Made by a program: the position numbers and the translations under genes
Source: Waterburya sp.
GTDB taxonomy: Bacteria > Cyanobacteriota > Cyanobacteriia > Cyanobacteriales > Xenococcaceae
Assembly: GCA_965217895.1 (NCBI GenBank)
Contig: CBDCJV010000002.1
Coordinates: 3,008,001-3,072,000 of the forward strand
Direction of reading: 5' to 3'
Length of the DNA stretch: 64,000 nucleotides
Part shown: positions 8,698 to 18,165 of the stretch, in pieces
Position numbering within the stretch: position 1 is the first letter of the stretch
How the letters are laid out: each line of letters opens with the position of its first letter
Notes under the pieces: generated by a model
What the model was told of the DNA's origin: nothing
The model's database searches: none
Seen by the model: the letters and a program-made list of their open reading frames with translations, nothing else

Positions 8698-9858
8698 CTA
8701 TGCACTGGCTTCTGCATATACGGGATAGCGGAAAATAGCTAAAGCATCTGTATCTGCTGGCATATCCTCCTCTAAAATATAGACATTGCCACCTTGAAGG
8801 AAAGTTTGAACTACAGCAAAATTGATCAAATCAATACTGTCTTCGGCTGATTCTGTCTGGAATATTACCTTATTTGCCTGTGGTTGAAATTCACCCCACT
8901 TTTGAGCATCGGCAGCGACAAACAGAGTCTCTACCTGTCCATTAGCAGCACCAGTAATTATTTGCTCTAGCTGAGAACTAGCTTCATTCGTATCAGATAG
9001 CTGATGATATTTGTCCATTGCTTGTTGGCGTTGGGCAGCAAAATGGGGTTCAATAATCTCCCAGGCTGAACGATGTAAATCTTCTGTAGCAACATCTTCA
9101 GGATTACCAGTAATTCCTGCTTCTAATAAATTATGGTATGAATTTGCTTCATGGTAGATGGGTAAAAGGTATTCTACTCCAGCTAAGATTAAAGGAGTGT
9201 TTTCTGATTGTAAAGCTGCTTTTAAACCGTTATCTATTTGATCGAAGAAACGTTTTATTTCATCTTTATTATCTGTGGTGCCAACTCCTTGACCATGATA
9301 AATAGGACTATTTCCTGAATTAGCACTATGATACTGAGTCTGTTTTTCGGGATCATCATATTTCAAAGCTTCAGCTAAACTAACTGGAACTGATTCAGGT
9401 AATTGTATTTGATTAATGCTGTAGTGGCTACCCAAGAAAAACTTCACCTGATTTTGGGATAGTGCTAATAAATAAAATTTACTATCGTTAGAAATTATGG
9501 GTAACAAAGGCTTAAGATAAAAGCGATCGCTTACCTCAACTTCTGCTTGGAAACTGTAGGGAAGACGATAATATTGAACATTATCAACATCAATAAAAAA
9601 TGCTAACCCACAATCTTGATGTTGCCAAAAATCATAATCATCTATATAGCTTTCAGCAGATTTTAATGATTTTGCTAACTCTTCTGATTTGTTCAACTGC
9701 TCTATCTTTTGTTCAGCTTCGCGAATTAAATTTTTAAAGCGGATTGTATTTTTTCTAGTTTCTGTTCCCGCCTTTTCAGCAGGCATATAAATAGAAATAC
9801 AGGTTGAGCCAGTTGTTTGAGCTAGCTTTTGAAAATCAGAGCGAGATAATTCAGTCAT
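8698..9858 (-). CDS. Bacterial archaeo-eukaryotic release factor-like protein (baeRF3/7 family)
   Basis: CISIYMP, IRFKNL, FYLKPLLP, YHGQG, PLILAGVEYL and GQVETLFV motifs. Confidence 0.8.
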   Translation of the reverse strand: MTELSRSDFQKLAQTTGSTCISIYMPAEKAGTETRKNTIRFKNLIREAEQKIEQLNKSEELAKSLKSAESYIDDYDFWQHQDCGLAFFIDVDNVQYYRLPYSFQAEVEVSDRFYLKPLLPIISNDSKFYLLALSQNQVKFFLGSHYSINQIQLPESVPVSLAEALKYDDPEKQTQYHSANSGNSPIYHGQGVGTTDNKDEIKRFFDQIDNGLKAALQSENTPLILAGVEYLLPIYHEANSYHNLLEAGITGNPEDVATEDLHRSAWEIIEPHFAAQRQQAMDKYHQLSDTNEASSQLEQIITGAANGQVETLFVAADAQKWGEFQPQANKVIFQTESAEDSIDLINFAVVQTFLQGGNVYILEEDMPADTDALAIFRYPVYAEASA

Positions 9859-9964
9859 AAAGATTTTTTAAAATGGTTGGTAACGTCTACTTATATGACA
9901 ACAAAAAAATAAGGCGATCGCATCCTTCTTTCGATAGTAAAAGATAAACAAAGCCAAAAAAATA

Positions 9965-9986
9965 AGGACGTTGATTTCAGCGTCCT
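9965..9986 (-). terminator. Intrinsic terminator downstream of the DUF2267 gene
   Basis: AGGACGTTG/CAGCGTCCT stem followed by a U-rich tract on the minus strand. Confidence 0.55.
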
Positions 9987-10030
9987 CAATATTTAAACAT
10001 TAAATTAATAGATGTATGATGCTATATTTT

Positions 10031-10885
10031 CTAGGCAGCTTCCCACATATCTTTAATTTTTCCTGGTAAAAACTCACTAACCTGACTAATTTTATCTGAA
10101 GATAATTCCTCTTTGGTAGCTGAAAAAACTGCATCAATCACTTTTTCGGCAGTTGTGCCGCGAGGCACTCCACCTTCTTTTTCGATACGATAGATAAAGG
10201 TATCTGCATCAAACTTTAAAGGCGGACGGATATTACTTAACCAGGCGACTATAGGATTATCATCGTGCCAAAGCTTGGCTATTTCCTCTTGTAGTCTTTT
10301 GTTACTAGCATTTTCCTCTGCTTCTGAGTGTAATTCTGCTTCTACTGCTTTAGATGCTTCGGTGGTCATGAGATCGCGCATGGTGCGATAAACGATAGTA
10401 GTTAAGTCTCTAGCATCAAAAATATCTTCTAATTCACCTCTGAGCATAACCTTCTCTAGAAAAGGCGTGTCTTTAGTAGCAATAGGTGTAGAAGGCCCTT
10501 TGTCTATATCATTTGGGGGATTTTTTTCCATCCGCTCAAGCATTTTTTCCCCTTTTGCGGTAAGTTTTGCTTTTTTAAACTTAATTAAATGAGGTAAAGG
10601 ACCATCGGGTGCGCCAAAAGTGTTGGCAACGCGAAAATCTACTTCTTCTTCATCGATTAAATCGGGTACATCTTCTTGATTGGCGTAGGCATTACCCGAA
10701 AACTCAGCATCAATGTACTGCTTCTGCTCTAAATAATCAAGGTGACCTAAAAAATCAGATATAGTCAAATTGCGCCCCGTAAAGTCTGTAGCTTGAAAGT
10801 CTACAGAGTGTTTTCCACTACCATCTCCTTGATGAATTTTATTAAGCAGGATGTACATTACATCATCTCTTAGAGGTATAGGCAT
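10031..10885 (-). CDS. DUF2267 domain-containing protein
   Basis: C-terminal VIDAVFSATKEELS...FLPGKIKDMW signature. Confidence 0.8.
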   Translation of the reverse strand: MPIPLRDDVMYILLNKIHQGDGSGKHSVDFQATDFTGRNLTISDFLGHLDYLEQKQYIDAEFSGNAYANQEDVPDLIDEEEVDFRVANTFGAPDGPLPHLIKFKKAKLTAKGEKMLERMEKNPPNDIDKGPSTPIATKDTPFLEKVMLRGELEDIFDARDLTTIVYRTMRDLMTTEASKAVEAELHSEAEENASNKRLQEEIAKLWHDDNPIVAWLSNIRPPLKFDADTFIYRIEKEGGVPRGTTAEKVIDAVFSATKEELSSDKISQVSEFLPGKIKDMWEAA

Positions 10886-11371
10886 ATATTTATTATTCTC
10901 TATTATTTTTTTACCAGGAAGATCTTAATAAAAATATATCAATTGTCGCATCTGCTTTAGGGATAATATTTAGATCTAACTTTAGATAGAGATGTGAGCG
11001 GGTAAAATCTGGGTTGGATTGTCCCTATTGTCTACAACTTTTGATCTGTAGGCTAGTTGAAAAAAGAAATGATCTTATTTTCGTATACCTTCTAACAGCA
11101 TGACCAAGGATTATAAACTACCCTATCTTTAAGCAGGCTACTATAGAGTAATTTGTAATTTAGCTAAAGGATCGATCAGTTTGATAGCAGTTTTTTCGGA
11201 GCTATTTATAGCTGACAACAATAGGATAAGAATTGTTAATGTCATCTTGTATTTGGTTTAAAAAATCTAGCTATTTTCCTAGCAAGCAGTCCCACTCACG
11301 CCTCATGTTTAGGATTGATTTAATTATTGTTCGTTTTTAAATAAACCCCTTTTAAATAACCCTAAAAAAAT

Positions 11372-11647
11372 ATGTTACTCGAAACTTTTGCCAAACGTTT
11401 GAAAACTGTTGCCAACTCTCTGGTCAAAAATAAATTTATTCAACCTTATTGGGTGGAAATCATTACGCAGCAACCTTCCTGTACCTACTATTTCGGACCT
11501 TTTGATTCTCGTGCAGAAGCCAAGAAAATTCAGTCTGGTTATGTAGAAGATCTGATGTCGGAAAAAGCGATTGGGATCAGTGTTGATATTAAACGCTGTT
11601 TACCTACTAGGCTAACTATTACGGACGAGGAGTACTTTGCTGAATAA
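11372..11647 (+). CDS. DUF1816 family protein
   Basis: WVEIITQQPSCTYYFGPF...GYVEDL motif; 3' end overlaps the convergent topoisomerase IB gene. Confidence 0.85.
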   Translation: MLLETFAKRLKTVANSLVKNKFIQPYWVEIITQQPSCTYYFGPFDSRAEAKKIQSGYVEDLMSEKAIGISVDIKRCLPTRLTITDEEYFAE

Positions 11648-12713
11648 TGTTTAAAACCACCTTTTCTTCTGGACTAAGCTGGTTAGATTTTGATTCTATA
11701 TTTGCCGTCTGGCTCATCAAGTCTAGTAAAGATCCATCTTCATAAGCTTCCAGAATAGCTGGATGAATGTAATATTTACGACAGGTTGCAGGACGATTAC
11801 CAAGCTGTTCGGCAACATTTTTTATTGCCTGAGTAATATTTTTACGTGCTGTATTTTCTGAGTCAAATTCACCTATTTCATCTAGCTCAATAGCAGCTAG
11901 CAGTGTGCCTGCCCAAGTGCGAAAGTCTTTTGCCGTAAACTCTTGCCCAGTTATGGTTTGGAGATACTCGTTTACGTCTGCTGAATCAACAAGTTGCTTC
12001 TCGCCAGATTCATCGTAATATTTAAATACTTCATATCCTGGTATTTCTTGACATTGCTTAATCACGTTTGCTAATCGGCGATCGCGCAGTTCTATTTCAT
12101 GATCCACACCGCTTTTGCCGCGAAATTCAAACTTTACCTTGGTGCCTGTAATATCTATATGGCGATCGCGCAGGGTAGTTAAGCCAAAAGAGCGATTCTT
12201 CTTAGCATACTGGCTGTTTCCCACCCTAATTAGAGTGGTTTCTAATAGCTGTACCACCGTTGCTAAAACCTTGTCTCTAGATAAGTCTTTTTGACGTAGA
12301 TGCTTGGCTGTAGTTGCTCTAATCTGGGGTAAGGAGGCAGCAAATAACACCATTCGATTAAACTTATGGCGATCGCGAATTTTGCGCCAGTCAGGATGGT
12401 AAAAATACTGTTTGCGCTTTTTAGCGTCTTTGCCAGTCGCCTGTAAATGCCCATGAGGTAAATGACAAATAAAGACATCGGTTAAAGCAGGGGGAATAGT
12501 TAAAGACTTGAGACGTTCTAATTCTGCTTCATCGGTAATGCGATCGCCTTTGCGATCTAAATAGCTAAAACCCCGACCAGCTTTTTTCCGTTCAATTCGT
12601 AAACTATCAGCCCGAACATATCTCAAGCCAGCAAGTTTGGCCGTCTTTTCTGGCTCAATGTCCAAAACCTTAACGATGTCGCTATTAGCTATCTTGTTTA
12701 CTGCTAACACCAT
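11619..12713 (-). CDS. DNA topoisomerase IB (bacterial/poxvirus-type)
   Basis: GHLQATGKDAKKRKQY.YH, IRVGN..Y, FRGKSG, KDFRTW and LGNRPATCRKYYIHP (catalytic Tyr region). Confidence 0.95.
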   Translation of the reverse strand: MVLAVNKIANSDIVKVLDIEPEKTAKLAGLRYVRADSLRIERKKAGRGFSYLDRKGDRITDEAELERLKSLTIPPALTDVFICHLPHGHLQATGKDAKKRKQYFYHPDWRKIRDRHKFNRMVLFAASLPQIRATTAKHLRQKDLSRDKVLATVVQLLETTLIRVGNSQYAKKNRSFGLTTLRDRHIDITGTKVKFEFRGKSGVDHEIELRDRRLANVIKQCQEIPGYEVFKYYDESGEKQLVDSADVNEYLQTITGQEFTAKDFRTWAGTLLAAIELDEIGEFDSENTARKNITQAIKNVAEQLGNRPATCRKYYIHPAILEAYEDGSLLDLMSQTANIESKSNQLSPEEKVVLNIIQQSTPRP

Positions 12714-12720
12714 TTTATTC

Positions 12721-13284
12721 CTATCCCTTATCGCTTTTTAGCGGATCGTGTCCCCAATTCATCAGCGAATAACGCCAGGGAGTTTTTTCTATATCTCCTG
12801 ATGGTTTTTGTGCCAGATGACGGTGAACATAGCCCACCACCTTTTTCATATGCTTAAAGTCTTTTTTCTGATAGTCAGACAGATCTTTATTTAAAATTTT
12901 GACAATTTTCTTGCCAGATTTACGCCCTTTGATTTTTCCTTTTTTGTCTTTTTGTCCTACAGAATTGCTTTCCTCCGTCTTTAGCCATTGCTTAATTTTA
13001 GAAGCATTCATATTGACTGCTGATTGAAAGTCTTCTAATACTTCTTGCTGTTTGGGTTCGAGCTTTTTATCGTCTTTTATTGAAGCCAAGGCTTTAGTTT
13101 TGTGTATGCTAGTTTTGCCTGTATTTTCGTTTTCAACTAAATAGCGGGGTTTGTTTTTAGTCGCGCTGATTTTTTTACCGTCTACCGTGGTAGATTCAGT
13201 AATTTTTTGAGTTACTTTTCCAGTAGTTTCTCCTCTGCCTACCTTCCACTTCACGCGATCGCCCTGTTTGAATTTAGTTGTCAT
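12721..13284 (-). CDS. DUF2945 (Tudor-like) + DUF3140 fusion protein
   Basis: N-terminal FKQGDRVKW...G.V; C-terminal VNM...WL.TEES.SVG, HM.KVVGYVHRHLAQ.P and WRYSLMNWGHDP. Confidence 0.82.
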   Translation of the reverse strand: MTTKFKQGDRVKWKVGRGETTGKVTQKITESTTVDGKKISATKNKPRYLVENENTGKTSIHKTKALASIKDDKKLEPKQQEVLEDFQSAVNMNASKIKQWLKTEESNSVGQKDKKGKIKGRKSGKKIVKILNKDLSDYQKKDFKHMKKVVGYVHRHLAQKPSGDIEKTPWRYSLMNWGHDPLKSDKG

Positions 13285-13540
13285 AGTTTAAAGTTATTTG
13301 AAATCTCACCTCTAGATAATGGCTGATTGATAAGTATTTCAACCTCTTCTAAAAGACTGATTTTCAACAAAAGCTAATAGCTAAAAAGAGACGAAAAGTT
13401 TTTAAGAGAAACTATTGACAATGTTTGATGTGAATAAAAAAAAGCTGATTCTTCCATTTCTATCTAAAATTTGTCTGTAAAAATCAAAATATAATACTGG
13501 GGGAACTTTCCACTACTACCCCACTCTCGCGCATTCCCAA

Positions 13541-13780
13541 GCCAGTCCGTTGCGGGTCTGTGACCCGTTGAAGGAACTGGCGTTTGCGCCTGAAGGCGAC
13601 GCGGTGAGACAGTTGCGGTGGTGAGACACTTGCGTTGCGGGTCTATGACCCGTTGAGCAAAGTGTTGAAAGGTTTCACCGGCATAAGCAAACTGTCGAAC
13701 CCTTTAGGGGTCGCTCGCCTGTTGGGGACGTGACGACCCTCCCCAAAGCCGAGGCAACGTGGGGCGAATGTATTCGCCCC
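13541..13780. repeat. Nested cluster of GC-rich small dispersed repeats and REP-like palindromes
   Basis: Core CGTTGCGGGTCT(G/A)TGACCCGTTGA at 13548 and 13633; REP-like GGGGCGAA-TGTA-TTCGCCCC at 13761-13780. Confidence 0.8.
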
Positions 13781-13947
13781 TTTAAGTGCCGTCTTCCGTA
13801 AACATTAACCATGATTTCACTCATTAGCTAATTTTTAATTATCTAGATGAAGAATTGAATCTACTCGAATTAAGTTCTCAAAAAAATCTTTATTTCTCCT
13901 GAAATATTGGACTTTTTATAAACTGATAGTTAAAAAGTCAATTCACA

Positions 13948-14337
13948 TTAGGCGTATTGACAATTAATTTGCAGCCATGCAGTTAAATCTGTCTCAGAAA
14001 CCTCTGACTTAGCAATACCTAACATAATCTTGACCACCTCTACTTCAGTTGCTACTAAACTAACCCTGTTAATTTCTAAAAAGACAGCCATCACAATAAA
14101 TGCAGTCCGCTTGTTTCCATCAACAAAAGGGTGATTAATCGCGATCGCATAACCCAACGCAGCAGCCAACTCAAATAAACTAGCACCTTGATTGTAGTTA
14201 GCAATATTAGTAGGTCTATATAATGCGCTTTCTAGACTCCCTTCATCTATAAATCCAGTTGCCCCACCAAAAAGAGCAAGCTGTTGAACATGGATGGCTT
14301 TGGCTTGAGCTAGGGTGACAAATCTAACCTGGCTCAT
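13948..14337 (-). CDS. doc: Doc/Fic family type II toxin
   Basis: HPFVDGNKRTA Doc motif; 4-nt overlap with the upstream antitoxin. Confidence 0.93.
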   Translation of the reverse strand: MSQVRFVTLAQAKAIHVQQLALFGGATGFIDEGSLESALYRPTNIANYNQGASLFELAAALGYAIAINHPFVDGNKRTAFIVMAVFLEINRVSLVATEVEVVKIMLGIAKSEVSETDLTAWLQINCQYA

Positions 14338-14558
14338 TTTGCCAACTCTTTAAGAGCGTTACGATAACGATTAGAAATTCCTTTGGCGGCTTCCATTACT
14401 TCTTCAAATTCTGGGTCATAAGGAGTTATTAGAACCCCTTCGGGAGTTTTCGTAACGTACAAACAGTCTCCTTCGGTAACATTTAACTGATCGAGAAGCT
14501 CTTTGGGTATACTCGCACCCAGGGAATTACCTATTCGGCGAATGTTTAATTTCATCAT
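14334..14558 (-). CDS. AbrB/MazE-fold antitoxin
   Basis: IRRIGNSLGASIPKELL...EGD, TPYDPEFE and RYRNALKELAK. Confidence 0.92.
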   Translation of the reverse strand: MMKLNIRRIGNSLGASIPKELLDQLNVTEGDCLYVTKTPEGVLITPYDPEFEEVMEAAKGISNRYRNALKELAK

Positions 14559-14566
14559 CTAACTTT

Positions 14567-14595
14567 GTAACTACTTTCGTAACTACAATATACCA
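14567..14595 (-). promoter_or_regulatory. TA operon promoter/operator: extended -10 plus two GTAGTTAC boxes
   Basis: Minus strand TGgTATATT, then two near-palindromic GTAnnTAC boxes (14579-14586, 14567-14574) just before the antitoxin start. Confidence 0.6.
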
Positions 14596-14729
14596 TAATC
14601 CACATTATACTTCAATCATGCCACGCCACATTTCATCAGTGCGATCGATAATTCCATCTACAGCGAGATGTATCTTTGGTTAGATATCTGCAAAATAAAG
14701 ACGTAGTAAAAAAGACTTGTTTTATCTTA

Positions 14730-15290
14730 ATGAACGACCAAAAATATCAAAAACGCGCTGTAGGAACATTTGCCACTCGCCAAGATGCCGAAGCAGCCCT
14801 AATAGAGCTTAGAGATGCAGGTTTTAATATGGATAAAATATCGGCGATCGCTCAAAACCCAGATAAAAAAGAAAAATTAGCCGATGTGGAAGTTAAAGCA
14901 ACATCTCAAAGAGTCAAAGAGGGTGTGGAAACAGGAGCTTTTATGGGAGCGACAACAGGAGGGATATTAGGCTTAATTGGGAGCTTAGGTATTTTAGCGA
15001 TACCTGGAGTAGGAGTGGCTACAGAGGTTGCCGTATTGTTGGGTAATGCTCTTTTGGGCAGCGGTATTGGTGCAGCAGGAGGAAGTCTAGTTGGTGCGCT
15101 GATCGGCTGGGGAATTCCTGAAGAGCAGGCGGCTTACTACGATCGGCTTTTGTCCCAGGGAAATTATCTGGTTTTAGTAGAAGGTACAGAAGCAGAAATA
15201 AACGGTGCAGAAGCTATTTTGCTTAATCGCCAAATTAGCAACTGGAATATTTATAATGCTCCTGGCAACAGTAGCGTATTAGGAGTTTGA
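14730..15290 (+). CDS. General stress protein (Gly-rich membrane hairpin, YflT-like)
   Basis: AVGTF....DAEAAL.EL..AGF, Gly-rich TM segment, LIGWGIPEEQA..Y; ATG at 14730 preferred. Confidence 0.8.
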   Translation: MNDQKYQKRAVGTFATRQDAEAALIELRDAGFNMDKISAIAQNPDKKEKLADVEVKATSQRVKEGVETGAFMGATTGGILGLIGSLGILAIPGVGVATEVAVLLGNALLGSGIGAAGGSLVGALIGWGIPEEQAAYYDRLLSQGNYLVLVEGTEAEINGAEAILLNRQISNWNIYNAPGNSSVLGV

Positions 15291-15300
15291 AAACTATTTT

Positions 15301-15903
15301 ATGCTTGAATTTATTGTTAATAGTGTAAATTCTCTTGGTTACGTAGGAATCGCTTTATTGATGGCGTTGGAAAACATAATACCGCCTATTCCTTCAGAAC
15401 TGATTATGCCTTTGGCTGGATTTGCCGTAACTCAGGGAAAGCTAAACCTGATCGGCGTAATTATAGCAGGGACTGTAGGTTCTGTAGCAGGGGCAATTCC
15501 CTGGTATTTTTTGGGAAAATATTGGGGCTTAAAACGCACCAAAGCGATCGCCGATAAATATGGCAAATGGTTGACCGTTTCTGGCGCAGATGTAGAGCAG
15601 GCTAAAAACTGGTTTGATAGAAGAGGTTATATTGCAACAGCTATGGGTCGTCTTGTACCAGGCATCAGAACTTATATATCTATTCCCGCAGGCATTAGCA
15701 GGATGCCTTTGCTCCCTTTTTTGGCTTATTCAACGGCAGGATCGATTGTTTGGGTTAGTTTGCTGACTTATGCTGGCTATATTTTGGGGGAAAACTACGA
15801 ATTGGTAGGAACTTATCTCAAGCCCATAAGTATATTAGTTGCCATTGCTGTAATTTCTTTGGTGATCTACTGGGTTATAAAAAGAAAAAGACACCACATT
15901 TAA
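15301..15903 (+). CDS. DedA family membrane protein
   Basis: LENIIPPIPSELIMPLAG and GRLVPGIRTYISIPAG motifs. Confidence 0.93.
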   Translation: MLEFIVNSVNSLGYVGIALLMALENIIPPIPSELIMPLAGFAVTQGKLNLIGVIIAGTVGSVAGAIPWYFLGKYWGLKRTKAIADKYGKWLTVSGADVEQAKNWFDRRGYIATAMGRLVPGIRTYISIPAGISRMPLLPFLAYSTAGSIVWVSLLTYAGYILGENYELVGTYLKPISILVAIAVISLVIYWVIKRKRHHI

Positions 15904-16012
15904 GTAGATGGTTGTAACTAAATATGAAATGAATCGGTTCGCGACTGGGGACTGGGGATTAGGAATAAAATTTCGTCATCAAGTCTTATAAATTATTTCG
16001 CCTACCTACTTA
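15901..16012. mobile_element. MITE family D (TAAGTAG...CTACTTA ends)
   Basis: Imperfect TIRs with internal GACTGGG heptamers; starts at the dedA stop codon; related short copy at 57092-57164. Confidence 0.6.
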
Positions 16013-16791
16013 ACTACAGTTAATCAAGCTTCAAAACTCACTCAAACCGAGAACAAAAACGTAAATAAATCTTTGCAAGAGGATAAGAAAGATCAAAAAG
16101 AATCCAATATACAGCCATTATAGAAAATAGATGAATCAAAAGGGCTATGTCGAGTCGCCGTAACCTTTCTGACTTCTGACTCCGTGCGACTAAAGCCTTT
16201 GGGACTTCCAAAAAAGCTTAACCTATGTCAATTAATTGGAATAACTATTAAGTTGCTAACTTGTTCGTCTGTTACCTAAGACCGTTTTGATGAAGGATTG
16301 CGCCTTCCCTTGGTAACAACTAAGCAGAGGAAGCGATAAAAACTCTGCACCTAGTTAGCTTAACTTTAATTACTACTGTCCGAGAATCTGGCGATCGCTC
16401 TCCTTCGATTCTCAGCAATGGGTCACAACGGTACAACTCCCATCCAGTAAATTTTGTTTTTGGTTATATCAGGTATGTTAAGCGAAATTCATCTCGCTCA
16501 ATTCCGTCGCAAGTTATATTCTTTCTCTAAACTTTTTACAAAATAAGTAACTCTGGGATTATATCTTTTTGAATAGATAGAAACTCTTAGACTCATTTAG
16601 GTACAAATTTTTATCCTTTACCCAAACGAAATTAAAGTGTACTTCATCAATACAAAATAATGTTATCTAAAACTTTTCAAGTCAACCATCCGCAGTCAGA
16701 ATATTAAACAAAGAACAATTGATTAAAATGAGAATTACTAATTACAAACAGTACTATTATCGGTTTCATTTATTAGCTATATTTTATATCA

Positions 16792-17298
16792 ATGTCTAAT
16801 AAACTACTTCTGACTTCTTTCCAAACTTGGCTACCTCACCAAATATCAAATTCTTCTGATGATTTACTAGAAACAATCCAAAAGCAGCGATTTGCTAAAG
16901 ATTCTTTATTCTTTCTCAGAAAGCTACCTGTTGATATAGAATTAGCTTCTGAACAAGTTATCGAAACAATTAAAGCTATTAAGCCGAAAGGCATTCTTTG
17001 CTGTGGGATGGCAGAATCAAGAGAAAAACTGATGGTAGAGTCTAATGCTGTTTGCAGAGAAGACTGCATTTTTACTCTAGTCGATCTCAATAAAATGATT
17101 ACTTGTTTGGCACATACTGAAGTTAGTCATAATGCAGGCAAGTTTGTTTGCGAGGGATTGTATTATGAAATTCTCAAATATACTCAAGCAAATACTTTAA
17201 AAATTCCCTGTATTTTTATTCATGTTCCTGTGCTTTACGCCAAAAACATAGACATTATTCAAGAAGACTTTACCGCCATTATTAATTTCTTGCTTTGA
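16792..17298 (+). CDS. Pyroglutamyl-peptidase I (peptidase C15)
   Basis: LLTSF, LPVD, SHNAGKFVCE and FIHVP motifs. Confidence 0.88.
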   Translation: MSNKLLLTSFQTWLPHQISNSSDDLLETIQKQRFAKDSLFFLRKLPVDIELASEQVIETIKAIKPKGILCCGMAESREKLMVESNAVCREDCIFTLVDLNKMITCLAHTEVSHNAGKFVCEGLYYEILKYTQANTLKIPCIFIHVPVLYAKNIDIIQEDFTAIINFLL

Positions 17299-17495
17299 CG
17301 CTCCCCCGCATAAATGACGGGAGATTTCTCCTTTACGCGCTTTCTTCTTAAAGCAAAATCAACAAGCCTAGGCTTGTTAGCCCATACAAAAACTAAGCCA
17401 ATATGGACATAGCCTCGACTCAGCGATCGCACTTTGACCAGCAGTCAAGAGTCACAGACTAATCCACCTCAAGACGGCGGACTAATCTGCGACTC
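17295..17495 (-). mobile_element. IS200/IS605-family right-end remnant (omega-RNA-like), no tnpA/tnpB
   Basis: Minus strand ends AGAAATCTCCCGTCATTTATGCGGGGGAGCGTCAA: subterminal hairpin plus terminal TCAA typical of IS605/IS1341 right ends; the far boundary is approximate. Confidence 0.65.
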
Positions 17496-17526
17496 AAAAG
17501 TAAAAAAATTATTCTCTAAATTTAAA

Positions 17527-17637
17527 TCAACCTTCTCTTTGATCTTTATCAGTCTGAATAAAGAGAATAAGTAAGAAGACAGTAGGAACTAAAACAAATA
17601 GGATAGTAGCTACAAATCCCAGATCATTAACTTCCAT
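17527..17637 (-). CDS. psbM: Photosystem II reaction centre protein M
   Basis: Manual translation [36 protein letters not shown] (36 aa), below the ORF-track cutoff. Confidence 0.97.
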   Translation of the reverse strand: MEVNDLGFVATILFVLVPTVFLLILFIQTDKDQREG

Positions 17638-17727
17638 ACAATAGCAGCCCCTAAATAAGTGATTATTAAAACGATATTCTTAGTCTAGAATATCATTACT
17701 TAGGCGAATAGGTGCATCGACCCATGC

Positions 17728-18042
17728 TTATTTTTTCTTAGAAGGCTTTGGTTTGGTAATAATTTTTACCGATCCATTAACTATAGTTTGGCAAGCTAAA
17801 CGGTAATTATCAGGTTTTTTCTTTAGTCTGCGTTTTTCAAAATCCGTTTTAGGAGATAAATTTTCCATTCCTTCGGCAACTTCGACAACACAGGTGGCAC
17901 ATTGACCGTAGCCACCACAGTTTCTTAGTTTTCCTCCAAGGGTATAAATATCAACTCGGTTTTGGATAGCTTTTTCACGCAAATTAGAACCCATTGCTGC
18001 GATCACTTCCTTATTTTCCTTTTCAAAGGAAATTGTCGTCAT
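17728..18042 (-). CDS. 2Fe-2S ferredoxin-like protein
   Basis: [10 protein letters not shown]...RLACQ; lies next to psbM as in other cyanobacteria. Confidence 0.92.
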   Translation of the reverse strand: MTTISFEKENKEVIAAMGSNLREKAIQNRVDIYTLGGKLRNCGGYGQCATCVVEVAEGMENLSPKTDFEKRRLKKKPDNYRLACQTIVNGSVKIITKPKPSKKK

Positions 18043-18165
18043 AGAAAATTCCTCTTCTTAAATTCTATTTACTATAATTTTAAGAAATCATAAGAGATCA
18101 TACATCGATTTCCCAGTTTATTATGTTTTGAAGTGTATACCTAAGTAAATAGAATGTTTCTCTAA

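Noticed and set aside
13541..13700. Possible CRISPR mini-array (24-nt repeat twice)
   Set aside because: Only two units, nested within other palindromes, no regular spacers and no cas genes.
16286..16312. Hammerhead-like TGATGA followed by a stem
   Set aside because: Lacks the CUGAUGA and GAAA core residues.
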